Origin: Zygophlyctis sp. KS116
Lineage: Eukaryota > Fungi > Chytridiomycota
Direction: 5' to 3'
Assembly (NCBI GenBank): GCA_054661495.1
Contig: BAAFSQ010000134.1
Location: 1 to 27,223, forward strand
Length of the DNA stretch: 27,223 nucleotides
A program made the translations under genes and the position numbers. Numbering within the stretch: position 1 is the stretch's first letter; every line of letters begins with the position of its first letter. Below the pieces are notes generated by a model. It searched no databases, had not been told where the DNA came from, and saw nothing but the letters and a program-made list of their open reading frames with translations. Below are positions 1 to 13,300 of this stretch, in pieces.

Positions 1-99
1 TCTTCTACGATCAAGACATCTGTCGATCCTACTGTGAGATCTACGGATTCAACAACGACATGCAAGGAGTCTTCGACGACATCTACGAAGCTTCAGTAA
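1..99 (+). other. Possible 3' end of a Ser/Thr-rich coding sequence truncated by the window edge
   Basis: Frame 1 reads SSTIKTSVDPTVRSTDSTTTCKESSTTSTKLQ* with recurring tctacg/gacatct units. No start is visible and frame 3 is also open, so the assignment is weak. Confidence 0.25.
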
Positions 100-132
100 G
101 TTACTGAAGTAGTCTTCGTTACTGACAGTAAC
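91..132. repeat. Two adjacent palindromes (cttcagtaa-g-ttactgaag; gttactg-a-cagtaac)
   Basis: Read directly: 91-109 has 9-bp arms around a 1-nt centre, and 118-132 has 7-bp arms around a 1-nt centre. Both are built from cagtaa/ttactg. Confidence 0.8.
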
Positions 133-422
133 ATCCAAGACGTATCGCCGGAGCACTGTATTGCTACTATAAAAATAAATCACGCAAATTGTCCCCAACC
201 GTTTTCTGCCCTTTCAAAGTTCCATCTGGGTCGCTCTGGCACTTGATTGTTTGTTTCACTTGACAAGACGAAAGGCCTCACCCCAGACCTCAAGAGACAG
301 AAGATCTTGCCCATGCTGTTTATCAGGACTTGTCCGACTATAATCATGTAAAAATCCATGGAAATATCTTTAAAGAGTTAATTGAGATGAAGAATCTTTT
401 TAATTTTAGTTTTTAAGCGTGG

Positions 423-436
423 TTTCGCCGCCGCCC
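423..436. promoter_or_regulatory. GC-rich element (tttcgccgccgccc), GC-box/E2F-like, just upstream of the RecQ ATG
   Basis: GC island in AT-rich DNA about 10 bp before ATG 446. It contains CCGCCC, and a similar GGGCGGGCG precedes RPA2. Confidence 0.35.
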
Positions 437-445
437 GATCCAATA

Positions 446-3324
446 ATGACCATTGTTGATTTGACTAGTTCTCCTTTATTAATGAATGTTCCAGACGTCA
501 AGGAAAATGTAGATACTGCCCAACTGTTGAACGACTTGAATTCCGAATTCTCATTCAATGGCTGCTGGGAAAGCGAACTGCAAGACGAACTTGCTGATGA
601 GGCAAATGTTGAATTAAATGAATTGCTTCGAGATGAGGCTACATGCATAACTCAACCGTCCAATTCGGTGTTGGCCGATTATCTTAAAATATTAACAGAG
701 TATAAAAAAGGAATTTCAGATATTCTCTGTGATATAATGCTCAAGAATGGGAATGAAATAGACAGGGAATTTTTAATTGCAAAACGGTAATGCATCATTC
801 AAATAAATTATAGAAGAATTTCTGAAAATGATATAGAAAAATACGATGGATTGCTACGGCAAGTGGATCAAACTGTTTTCACTGACGCCAAGTCTGGGCC
901 AGCTGCTAGTTTATTGGTTACTTCTAGCTCGAGGGATGTAGGACCTAGGCATGTTTCATCAAGTCATGATCGGACTGATCAATCAAATAATGCGATTTAT
1001 AATCCGGAATCAAAAAATTCCATAGAAAATAATTTACACATTAGCCAGGAAAATGTCTGTTCAAATACACTGAAAGAGTGTTTAAATGATCATGATAACC
1101 ATAATCATTTATTAAGTCTGTTTTTAGATGATATTGAAAAGGGCGATTCGTCTCCTGTAAAATGTACCAAGAAGAGTGATGTTTTAAATTCTCAGAATTT
1201 TCGTGTGCCAGAACCGGTGCAGTATTCTTGGACAAATCAAGTCAAAAATATTCTATCTGAAACCTTTAAACTACAAAGCTTTAGGCAAAATCAATTAGGT
1301 GCAATTAATGCTGCGTTGCAAGGAAAAGATGTGTTTATTTTGATGCCAACAGGTGGAGGGAAATCCCTCTGTTATCAATTACCTGCTTGTTGTAGTTTGG
1401 GTGCTACAAAAGGGATTACGGTATTTATTATAAAATTTACTGAATAGATTGTAATTTCGCCGCTCTTGTCGCTAATGCAAGACCAGGTTTCTAAACTTTT
1501 ATCTATTGGTGTTCCAACAATTTGTTTGAATAGTAACCAGACTAGTAGCCAGAGAAAGTTTGCATTTGCAGAGTTAAATAGACCAAATCCTGACGCTAAA
1601 CTGATGTATGTGACGCCAGAAATGATGATAAAAAGCTCTCAGTTTAAAAATCTTCTTGCTGGACTATATTCAAGAAAACTTTTGGCAAGATTTGTCATTG
1701 ATGAGGCACATTGTGTAAGTCAATGGGGTCATGATTTTCGTCCCGATTATAAAGTATAGTAATATTATGTCGCTTATGTTAGGAACTTAAAAGCCTTCGA
1801 ACAATGTATCCATCAGTACCGATTATGGCACTAACAGCTACCGCAAATGTCCAAGTGAAACTTGACATTATGAATGTTCTTCAAATTCAAAACTGTCTTT
1901 CTTTTGTCTCAAGTTTTAATAGGAGTAATTTGACTTATAAGGTTCTAAATAAGGATTCAAAAAAAATTGACGATGAAATTGTACAATTCATTGTCAAAAA
2001 GTATGCAAAATCATGTGGAATTATTTATTGCACCTCTAGAGCGAAATGTGAAGATACGGCTTCAAAATTGAAGAAAAGAGGATTGAAAATTGATTTTTAT
2101 CATGCAGGTCTTGATGCAGATGACCGCGTTCGAGTTCAAAATGCATGGGCTGCCAACGAAATAAATATTATTGTGGCAACAATTGCATTCGGAATGGGAA
2201 TAGATAAACCCGATGTAAGATTTGTGATTCATTATTCGATTCCTCAAAGTCTTGAAGGTTACTACCAAGAAACAGGACGAGCTGGGAGAGATGGCAATCC
2301 ATCAGATTGCATACTTTATTACTCTTATCGTGATACACATTCGATTGAAAACATGATTGATAAAGGAGAGGGAAATTGGGAACAAAAGGAGAGACAACGA
2401 AGTAATTTGCGATCAATGATTGCTTATTGCGAAAATAAGATTGAATGTAGGAGGCAATCGATTCTAGCTGTAATTTTATTTTTAATGAATAATTTAGTAT
2501 TTTGGCGAAACATTTGATTCATCGAATTGCAATCGTACCTGTGATAATTGCAAGAATCAGCTTTCATCCTATGAAAAGGACGTTACTGAGGAAGCCAAGA
2601 ATATAGTATTATTGGTTCAGGAGATTCAAAATCATAATGTAACAATGAATCATGTCATGGATGTTTTTCGGGGCCTAAAACACTCAAAGATTTTATCACT
2701 CGGACATGACCGCCTAGATCATTATGGATCTGGCAGAAATTGGAAAAAACAAGAGACTGAACGTCTTTTTAGAATGTTAATCATCAAACAAATCCTTGTT
2801 GAAAAATGTGAATTGAATGGAATGGGATTTCCAATGTCATATTTACAGTTGGGATCCGAGCGAAATCTACCAAAATCCCAGAAAATATTTTTAACTCTAA
2901 CAACTGAAGAATCTAAATCTTCTGAGACCTCTTCTTCTGGCTCAAACGGTAAAGCTGCACAAGTTGAATGTTATAGAGCTCTAACGGAGCTTAGAAATGA
3001 TGTACGATTAATTTCAAATCTAAAACTTAGATTTCTCAAGCGAATTCCATTCCCCCTAGCGCTATATTTAAAGATAGTGTACTTTTGGCGTTATCAAAAT
3101 CTATCCCAAAGACTGAAAATGATTTTTTACAAGTTCCTGGAGTAACTCGAGACTCTTTTTTTACATTTGGACAATTATTCCTGGATGTCACTTCAAATAT
3201 AAACATTCCGGAGCAGACTAAAACCAAGCCTGCAACCAAGAAAGCAAAATATTTTGAACCAAAAGTTGTTGTAGAGAATGGAGGACGTAAAAAAATTAGA
3301 ACTATGCCTAGCTTTAATGTTTAA
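446..3324 (+). CDS. SGS1: RecQ-family DNA helicase (Sgs1/BLM/Rqh1 type), ~912 aa, 6 exons
   Basis: Exons 446-786, 814-1420, 1448-1753, 1783-2469, 2498-3001, 3031-3324. GT-AG introns 787-813 (27 nt), 1421-1447 (27), 1754-1782 (29), 2470-2497 (28), 3002-3030 (29). Splicing restores FRQNQ (motif 0), [17 protein letters not shown]|[32 protein letters not shown]|[37 protein letters not shown], the RQC Zn motif CRRQSILA|YFGETF..C..TCDNC, a winged helix and a C-terminal HRDC-like segment. The start ATG at 446 is inferred. Confidence 0.93.
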
Positions 3325-3366
3325 TATATTAATCACAAGTAAAATAATTCTATTTTGTAAACATTA

Positions 3367-3404
3367 ATGTCCAGATCAATAATTTCGGACATCTAGGGCG
3401 GGCG
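3367..3404. promoter_or_regulatory. Putative RPA2 promoter elements: atgtcc...ggacat inverted pair, TTTCGGACAT (3383-3392) and GC box gggcgggcg (3396-3404)
   Basis: Lies in the 91-bp gap before ATG 3416. TTTCGGACAT recurs at 22542 (+) and 23476 (-). Confidence 0.4.
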
Positions 3405-3415
3405 TTTTTAAATTG

Positions 3416-4287
3416 ATGTACGGCGGCTATTCATCAGGAACTGGCACTGCCAACACTGGAGGATTTTTTTCCAATAGCTATTCATACAATACAAATGAAG
3501 CAAAGACTCCTGTCAAAGAGAGAAATGACGCTGTTGGTTCTCCAGCCTTTAAAAAGTCGAGTGCAGAACAATCACTGCGTCCAATGACAATCTTTCAAAT
3601 CTATGAAGCCAAGGAACTTATACCGGATCATCCATTGATGTGCGATAATAAGCCAGTTCATTCTATTTCTATTATTGCAAAACTTGTAAATATAAAGGAA
3701 GTCTCTACTCATGTTCGATATACATTGGAAGATGGAACTGGAGTTATTGAAGCCGCAAGATGGTCTCAAGATGGGAAATCCGAAGTTTATGACTCCGAAA
3801 ATGGACCAGAAAAACTTTGCTTGAATAGTTATGTTCAAGTTATTGGAACTATTAGATTATTTGCTGGAAAAAGATCTATTCAAGCTGCATCTTTAAAACC
3901 TGTGACAGATATTAATCAGATTACTCATCATGGATTGATGGCATCTTGGGTCCACTTGATGTTATCTAGAGGGGTAAGATACTATTTATTAAACATTTAT
4001 AGCCGCCAATGACTGGATTTAAGAAATCTCAAGAACCAACTGGTTTATATTCCTCAGTACCTCTCCCAGCCGCTCCTTCGAATTATTCTCCTTTTGTACA
4101 ATTAGTACTAGATACAATGAAAAATTTAGATAATGGTACGTATATTGATGGTGTGACTATTGAATCGTTGGCTCATGTATTACGAGGACGTGGAACTGAA
4201 ATGGATGTAAGATCAGCAGTGGATACATTAGCCAATGATTCATTGGTGTATTCAACAACTGATGACGAAACGTTTAAAGTTTCTTAA
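3416..4287 (+). CDS. RFA2: Replication protein A 32-kDa subunit, ~280 aa, 2 exons
   Basis: Exons 3416-3973 and 4003-4287, with intron 3974-4002 (29 nt, gtaaga...tag). G/S-rich N-terminal tail (GGFF), OB fold (QSLRPMTIFQI, YTLEDGTGVIEA, YVQVIGTIRLFAGKRSI, PVTDINQITHH) and C-terminal winged helix (VRSAVDTLANDSLVYSTTDDETFK). Confidence 0.92.
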
Positions 4288-4321
4288 AAATTTTATTTGA
4301 TCGAAAAAAATTTGTTGAGAA

Positions 4322-7300
4322 ATGGATCTGAATTTGATGGATATCGACAGATCAATGCTTTTAGAGATTGTGAGTGATTGGGATCTATCATTAGAGAATG
4401 CATTCATATCTCTTTCACAATTATTGCCTCTTTGTCCATTTTTAAGTGATTTGGCACAGAGGATGACTTTTGACGTTGCAATGCATGCCAGTCAATATAT
4501 AGAAAAGGTATGTTTATTCACTTTATAATTGATTCAATGTCCGATCGTCATAAAGATCAGACTATGAATGCAATATTTATGATGCTAAAAATATAGGCTG
4601 ATACCTCAAAGCTATTTACTCTATTAAGTTGTTATCGGCAACTTATTAAATTTGATGATGCATTTATAAGTATGTGGGATTGGAGCTGGGTGTATGATTG
4701 TCTCATCGTGAATCATAAAGATACTCAGATTATGGCTATTAGTTGTTTAGAAGTTTTATTGAATCTCGGTAAAGAGGAAAAGATGACCCTTTTGAGACGA
4801 TATTGCAAGATTGAAAATTCTACAGATTTGGATTTTTTAGAGTAAATAATGAAAATTAATTTTGTAGGTTGGATGCAGCATTTAAGATTGAAAAGAAGAG
4901 GGCGGATTTATTTAATCATGATCTCAAGAAAACAGTGGGTTCAATGCATCAAAATTATGAAGGAAAAGTTGTTAATTTAAGTGGTGTTTTATTGCCATAT
5001 CCAAGATCAAATTTCAAAAGTAAAATTATTGAAATACAAAGTGTCTCTCAAACTATTTATGACATTGCTTTGTGTATATCATTAAAATTACCAGTTTTGT
5101 TACAAGGACCAAGTGGTTCAGGAAAAACCTTTTTTATTCAAGAAATTGCAAATATAACAGGAAAAGGTAAATTTATACAGTAATAGTTAGAATTATTAAA
5201 AATTCATCTGGGTGACCAAACAGACTCAAAAATGTTGCTCGGAAGTTATGTCTGTACAGCGACTCCTGGTGTTTTTAAATGGCAGCCAGGAGTGTTAACT
5301 GTCGCTGTGTCTCAAGGATGTTGGATTTTGATTGAGGACATTGATAAAGCACCGATTGAAATCACTTCAGTGCTCTTGCCATTATTAGAATCTAGAAAAT
5401 TATTTATTCCAGGGAGAGCCGAAACTATCACTGCTAAAAGTGAATTTAGAATATTTGGTACTCAAAGTTTTATGGTGGACTCCCAGTCTGGAAAAGTGGG
5501 AGAATCTTTATGGAAAAAAATATCTGTGAGCTCCTATAATGATCAGGAGTTATCTCAGATAATTCATCAGCGATTTCCAGAGTTACGGTCGATATCTCCC
5601 CGTTTGATCAACACTTATGTTAAAGCTGTATATATCCTCGAAAATCAATTGAAAGGAAATCGCTCTCTTAATATGCGAGATTTGATTAAATGGTGTGAGC
5701 GTATAAACCGTTCATTTCTAGAAAAATTGTCTGATCAGCAATTTTTGGAATCGATTTTCCTAGATGCAGTTGATTGTTTTTCAAACACAGTCGCTACTTT
5801 GGAAGCACGTCTTGAATTGAACTCCCTTCTTGGAGAATGTCTGGAAATGCCTCTGCATCGGGTTAAATTCTATACCCAGAATTATTCCCCAGAAATTTTT
5901 AAAGATAACAGTGTTTTAAAAATTGGTAGATCATTGTTTCAAATTGGGCAAGTGATCCATGGAAAAGTTGATACAAAGTTTGCCACAACTAACCAGTCTT
6001 CACTTCTTCTAGAAAAGTTATTACGTTGTGTTACCATGAAAGAACCGGTTCTATTAGTAGGAGAAACTGGAACAGGAAAAACATCCACTATACAGTATCT
6101 CGCTAGTGTTTTAGGAAGAAAATTGGTGGTATTTAATATGAGCCAGCAGTCTGATAGCGCAGATTTGATTGGAGGATTCAAGCCAGTTGATATACGGGTT
6201 TTGGCTAACCCTTTGCGTGAAGCCTTCTTGGATCTTTTCGGGCAGACATTTTCATTAAGCTCAAATGAATCCTTCTTGAGCTCTGTTGATAAGTCCTATA
6301 AGAGTAGAAAATGGAAACATTTTGTCATTGGATTACGCAATGCAATCAAGATGTCCAATGCTGTTTTTCAAAAACAAAGGAAAGCCATGTCAAAGAATAG
6401 AGAGGATGAAAAATCACCAGTAAAAAAGCAAAAGAGAAATTTAGATCCGGAATTAGAATCTAAGTGGCTTTTGTTTGAAAAGTCTGTTGATCAATTTGAA
6501 ATTCAAAGAGAGCAGATTAAGGACAATCTTCTATTTTCATTTGTTGAAGGTGCGTTAATCAGAGCTATCAGGGAAGGGTATTGGGTGCTTTTAGATGAAA
6601 TCAATTTAGCTACTTCAGAAACTCTCGATTGTTTAAATGGACTTCTTCAGGATTCTGAAAGCTCGCTTATTGTCCTTGAGAGAGGAGATACACAAGCTGT
6701 TGTTCGTCATGAAAATTTCAGAATTTTTGGATGTATGAATCCTGCAAACGATGCTGGAAAACGTGATTTACCCGTCCTCCTAAGGAACAGATTCTCAGAA
6801 TTTTGGGTGGAGTCGCCCGATTCTTGCCTTCTGGACTTATTCAAGATTGTAAAACAATATTTGCAAGAGTATCTTCCGCATGGTAATGAAGGCCAGAAGA
6901 TTTGTATGGATATTACTGAATTTCATTTAGAAGCGAAAAAATATGCGAATGATGGGGTTATAGGCGATGGGGCTGATCAAAGAGTGCATTTCAGTGTAAG
7001 GTCGCTGGCAAGAGCTCTAAATTATTCGATGCAGATCATATATCCATATGGACTAACAAGAGCATTATATGAGGGATTGTGCATGAGTTATTTAACCAGT
7101 TTGAATCAGAAAAGCTATTCACAAATGATGTGTCTAATTAAAGCAAAAGTCTTGAATACTGTGAAAAATGCAGATTTTTTGATCTCTCAAATTCCTAAGT
7201 GTCCGGATACGGGTTCAGCATACACCCTAGTAGGATCATTTTGGCTTGAAAATGGACCTTACGAAATAGTTGAGGAGGATCAGAATTTCATTATGACTCA

Positions 7301-10300
7301 ATCAGTTGAAGTGAATCTTAGCAATCTAGCACGTGCGGTTTTAGCAAGAAAATATCCTGTGTTGATTCAAGGGCCCACATCGGTTGGGAAAACGAGCATA
7401 ATAGAACACTTGGCTCTTCGTACTGGCAATAGATTTGTTAGAATTAATAATCATGAACATACAGATATCCAGGAATATATTGGGAATTACACCAGTAATG
7501 ATAAAGGGCAGATGTTATTTAAAGAAGTAAAAAACAATTATCTTATATTTAGGGAATTTTAGTAGAGGCTCTACGAAAAGGATACTGGATTGTATTGGAT
7601 GAACTAAACTTGGCACCTAGTGACGTCCTTGAGGCATTAAATCGCCTATTAGATGATAATCGTGAAATATTTATTCCGGAAACTCAAGAAACTGTTCGAC
7701 CTCATAAGAATTTCATGCTTTTTGCTACACAAAATCCTGTCGGCCAATATGGTGGACGAAAGCAATTGTCTCGTGCATTTCGTAATCGATTTTTAGAATT
7801 GCATTTTTCTGATATCCCCAGCGATGAGTTGGAGACTATACTATCTCGCAGATGTAAAATAGCCCCATCTCATGCCAAAAAATTGGTTAGTGTCTACAAA
7901 GTTCTGCAGAAAAGTAGAGGAAATTCTCGTGTTTTTGATGGTTCCTTTGGATTTATTACACTTAGAGATTTGTTTCGATGGGCGCTTAGAGAAGCCAATG
8001 GGTATCAACAATTAGCTGAAAATGGTTACATGATCTTAGCTGAGCGAATGCGAACTTTGGAAGATCGTGATACAGTGCGGCAAGTATTGGAAAAAGAATT
8101 GAAGGCTTCCATTAATCCAGAGGAAATGTATATGCGTCGTTGGGCGGATTTAGGGGGTAAAAATGAATTTTTGAAAGAAAATGACATATTTGATGGCATT
8201 GTATGGACACAAGCAATGAAAAAGCTTTTCGTCTTAACATCTGCATGTGTACAATATTCCGAGCCAATACTTCTAGTCGGTGAAACAGGCTGTGGTAAAA
8301 CAACTATTTGTCAGCTTCTAGCTTCTATTTCAAATAAGAGATTACATGTAGTAAATGCCCATCAGCACTCTGAAACGTCAGACTTCATTGGAAGTCAACG
8401 ACCCAGTCGTAATCGTCAACAACTATACCAAGAAAAATCAGAATTACTAAATTCAATTGCTAAAGATCTAAATCTAACTACATCCGAAAATTTGGAAACT
8501 CTATTTAATTGCGTAGAAAATTACATTCATAATTTTAATGGGGAAATAGACCCTAGCATAACGAAAAGATGGGATAATTTACAAAAGCTTCAAAACAAAA
8601 GCAAAGTTTTATTTGAATGGCAAGATGGTCCTTTAGTCGAGGCCATGAAAATTGGTGACTATTTCCTTCTGGATGAAATATCGCTTGCGGACGACTCAGT
8701 ATTGGAGCGATTGAATTCTGTCCTAGAACCATCCCGGTTAATTGTTTTAGCAGAAAAAGGCGATGGAAAAATTCATGAAATATATGCAGAACGAAATTTC
8801 AGATTTTTCGCAACCATGAATCCTGGTGGTGACTATGGAAAGAAGGAGCTAAGCCCGGCTCTAAGGAATCGTTTTAGTGAAATCTGGGTTTCTTCGATCT
8901 CAGATGAAAGTGATATATCCCTTATTATCCAAAAGAAAATTGAAAGTAGCATGCAAGATCAATTATGGCACTCTAAAATCTTGGATTTTTATTCTTGGAT
9001 TGCTTCCAAGTTGGGGAGAGAGATCCATGAAATAATTAGTCTGCGAGATATATTGTCTTGGATAGAATTTATGGTAGTAAGTTCTCCAAAGATAGGAGCT
9101 TCCTTTGGCTTTCTAAATGGTGCTATTATGACTATAGTAGACGGTTTGAAAATGAATCCTCTAATTGGCGCAACATCCTTTTTTGATTCTCTAATGGTGG
9201 AATGCATCGAATTTTTACACAGCCTATCTGGTGTTACAGCATCTAGTCTAAATGGCGATGTCGTCTCTGATTCTGATAAGTTTGGGATTCATCCATTTTT
9301 CATATCAAAAAGACATGTGATAAAACACGATGTCCCTTTTACGTTTTCAGCCCCAACTACTTTTGAAAATACATTTCGAATATTGAGAGCGATGCAGCTT
9401 TCTAAATCGATTCTTATGGAAGGATCACCGGGAGTAGGCAAAACATCTTTAATTCTTTCACTAGCTGCTGCAACTGGAAACAATGTTGTTAGAATCAATT
9501 TATCTGAGCAAACAGACTTAATGGATTTGCTCGGAACCGATCTCCCGGTTGAGGATGGAAATGCCGGGCAGTTTGCTTGGCATGACGGTCCACTTCTTCA
9601 AGCTCTACAAGATGGAAGCTGGGTTCTATTAGATGAGCTTAATTTAGCATCACAGCAAGTATTAGAGGGATTAAATTCATGCCTAGATCATCGGGCAACT
9701 ATTTATATACCTGAATTAGGAAAGACATTTGAAAAGCATCCAAATTTCCGGCTTTTTGGAGCTCAAAATCCTCAGCAGCAAGGTGGTGGCAGAAAAGGAC
9801 TTCCTAAAAGTTTTATGAATCGGTTTACCTTAGTATATTTAAGTGAACTAAATGATAATGATCTTTTAACAGTTTGTAAAGATATGTATGGTTCGAAGAT
9901 CCCAGAAGATATTCTACGGTCGATGATAAGATTTAATGAAGCCATACGAATTCAAACATCAGAAATAATGAGCTTCGGCTGGCTAGGATCTCCGTGGGAA
10001 TTTAATCTTAGGGATGTACTAAGATGGGCAGATCTATTGTCAAAAGAACCTGAAATTTCACCAGAAACACCCCGTAAGTTCTTCAATATGCTGTATGGAC
10101 ATCGTTTTAGGTCCCTTGAGGATCGAAAATCTGCCAACAGATTATATAACAAAGTTTTTCAAAGGACTACCATCTCTGATTCAACAAATTTGGATATTTT
10201 GATAAATGAAGGAGAGTTAAAGATTGGAACGGCAGTCGTTAGAGCAAAGCCCTATAGTAAAGTATCAAAAACTATCACCTTACTTCCATCAATGCTTCCA

Positions 10301-13300
10301 TTTTTAGAATCAATAGCAAAGTCAGTTGAAATGTCATGGATGCCACTTATTATCGGTCCTACTGGAAGCGGAAAAACCACACTTCTTAGATATTTTGCTG
10401 AACTATGCGGGGAGAGGCTTATTGAATTTTCAATGAATTCGGGAGTGGATGCTATTGAGCTTCTTGGGGGATTTGAACAGGAGGATATGTCTAGAATAGC
10501 GCATAGTATAATGGAGGTTGCTTCTAATGCTTCGCTTAGACTCTTGCGATCCTCTTTAGTTAGGGAAAGATTCAAATTATCAAAAGAAATGCGCTCAATA
10601 CTAATGCGGATGCAGAAACAATTGATTGATCCTGAGACATTGTTTAAAAAACATTTTGATTTTCTCAAAAATGCTGCATTTTCTTCTGAATCAGAAGAGA
10701 TCATAATGTTATTGTCAGAACTGGATAGTTTATATAAGCAATACAGCGCTCTTAAAAGGAGCCAAGGCTATGGAAATTTTAAATGGATTGATGGTCTTTT
10801 GATTAAGGCTATGAGGGAGGGACAATGGATTGTGATTGATAATGTTAACCTTTGTTCTAAGTCTGTCATAGACAGGCTGAACTCCCTATTAGAAAAAAAC
10901 GGAAGTTTGATGATCAATGAAAGAGGATTGGTGAATGGAAAAGTTGATGTTGTACTGCCTCATAAGCATTTCCGAATTTTTATGACTATGGATCCTTCTC
11001 AAGGTGAAATTTCACGTGCAATGCGCAATCGCTCCGTTGAGATATATTTGGATAGCTTCGATCCTTTGGCGAAATCAGTTGATACAATCAAGGTGGCTAG
11101 TTGTGTTGGGGTTAGATCAGTACATTCTAATAATATTGGTGGATTGATGTCATGTGACAGAAAAAACATTTTAGAAGATTCAAAACTGTTCATAGAGGAA
11201 ATGGAACGTGGACTTCTACCTGATAGTAATAGATCAAGCATTTTCTTAAACGTGGGGAATGATCTAATACCCTCTCTGGAATTTAATGGGCTTTGCTATG
11301 AGAACCAGAAATTGGCTTTGGATTCGCATATTATATTGAAAATTATGTTTTCAAAGCATATTATGGAAAAGTACCAATCATATTCTTTCCTAGACGAATA
11401 TGAAGCGAGTCCATCGCTTGTTTTGCAGGCAGCGGTTCATTACTTCTACAATTTATCTTCTAGTGATCAGACTGAGCTACGCAGCAGCTGGCTGAATTTA
11501 CTTTATCGAAATGCAGATCCTAGTGCTAAAGTCACATCATTTATCGAGAATTTTTATCTTAAAGCAGCTAGTAGATCACTTGTTAAGTATGCTGATAAAG
11601 CGGGATATAGACTTGAAAATTACCAAAAAGCTTGTATTATGCTTGAAGCCATATTATTGTGCAATACAACATACGAAAATAATAATTGTTTTCCAAAAGA
11701 AACTCTGATTCTTCAGTCTATACATTACAATTGTGGGCATCGGACTCTTTCTGAACTCTCACATCCGTCTATCAAGAATTTATACATGTTTTTTAAGCTT
11801 TTGTTAGAGCTGCTATGCAAACTTGGGTCGAATCCCTCAGTTCAAGATGACTGGATTGGTAGCTTAATTGATGGGATCGAACCGCTTTATTTATTTTCAT
11901 TTACAACTCAGTTTCAATTGGCAACAATGGTCGCGAGACTTTACACGGCCAGGAAGGTGGTTTCAAAATCCGCGAATGAGTTTGCTGATGATAATCAATT
12001 TACAGATATAAAAAAAATACTAGATGAAATATGTTTCTCATTGAAACTAGATCAGATATATTTACATTCAAAGGTAGTGGGGAAGCTTAGAAACGAGTCT
12101 TTAAAATTTAAAGAATTGTATAAGATTGAGACGGCTCTAGTCAAATTTGAAAGCTATTTTCAACGGCAGTTTTATTCTCAATTAGGTAATCCATGATTCA
12201 TCCCGCTAATTTCTAGAGTTCCGGCATGTATTCGATGATGGATTTATTAAGGGAATCCAGAAAACACTTTTGGAAGCTCATGCCACTCTATACATAATGA
12301 ATGAATCTATTTCACTTGAGGCGAACATTTTGGATAATTTGAAAGATCTTCTTGAGGTAATTAAATCTCCAAATATGCTCACTTTAGTCAATTGAAGCCA
12401 AATTGAAAGATCAAAAAGTAGATTCTGATATTAATGATGGAGTATCATTGTATCGGAGATTGTCCCGATTTGGTCGTTCAATGAGCAATATGGTCACTAT
12501 TGATTCAATGACAATAAGAAATGAGCTCGAACTTATTTTAACAATATCTAATCTTAAAAATCAATCTGTTCCCCATTTCGATCTAGTTGGTAGAATTAGG
12601 GAAGCTATAGATCATGGTCTAAATAGTTCACGATCGTGTCTCAGTTTGAATATGCTGCAAAGATTGCTATGGGGATTGCAATCAAATAGTCAATACACTT
12701 TAAATCCCGGCCATATAGAGTATCTCATCAGCTCCTTTTTCATGTTTCTCTTTAGGAATTCTTACACCGAATTTGTTTATGATTACAAAATTAAAGAAAG
12801 CGTATTTAATGGATTCAAGCTTGAAAATAATGTCTCAGTAAGTTTAAATGAATTCATTAAAAAGAATCGGTTTGGTGGCCCTCTAATATTATTCTGTGGA
12901 ATTGTCACTAGACATGTTGCCAATACTGTGTAAGTTAAAAAATTTAATTTTCTAGCGAGAGCTTTAATTACGCCCCATTATATACTTTGGCGGATAAATT
13001 GGATCATTTTGAGGAGCTCCAATCCTCAGTTTATTGCAAATTTTGGAGTACAGTGTCTGTACATCGTAATCTCTATAGGCTACTGCTAGTTAAACTAAAT
13101 AAGGTAATACATCAAACTAACAGTCGCAGATATTATTCATACTTGAAAAAGAACTAGGCTCTATACTTGTTAAAGATATTAGCCTGATCTTAGATAGTGC
13201 TTTTAATGAAACGAATGGTGATACTTTGGAAGCAATGAATGAAAAGATTCACGCAATCAAATCTTTGAAATTCAAGTCGGCATTTTTGGAAAACATTTGT

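Noticed and set aside
419-445. GTG/TTG starts offered by the ORF track (419, 851, 3413, 19643, 22491 etc.)
   Set aside because: This is a eukaryotic locus. These are internal exon positions or lie just upstream of a suitable ATG.
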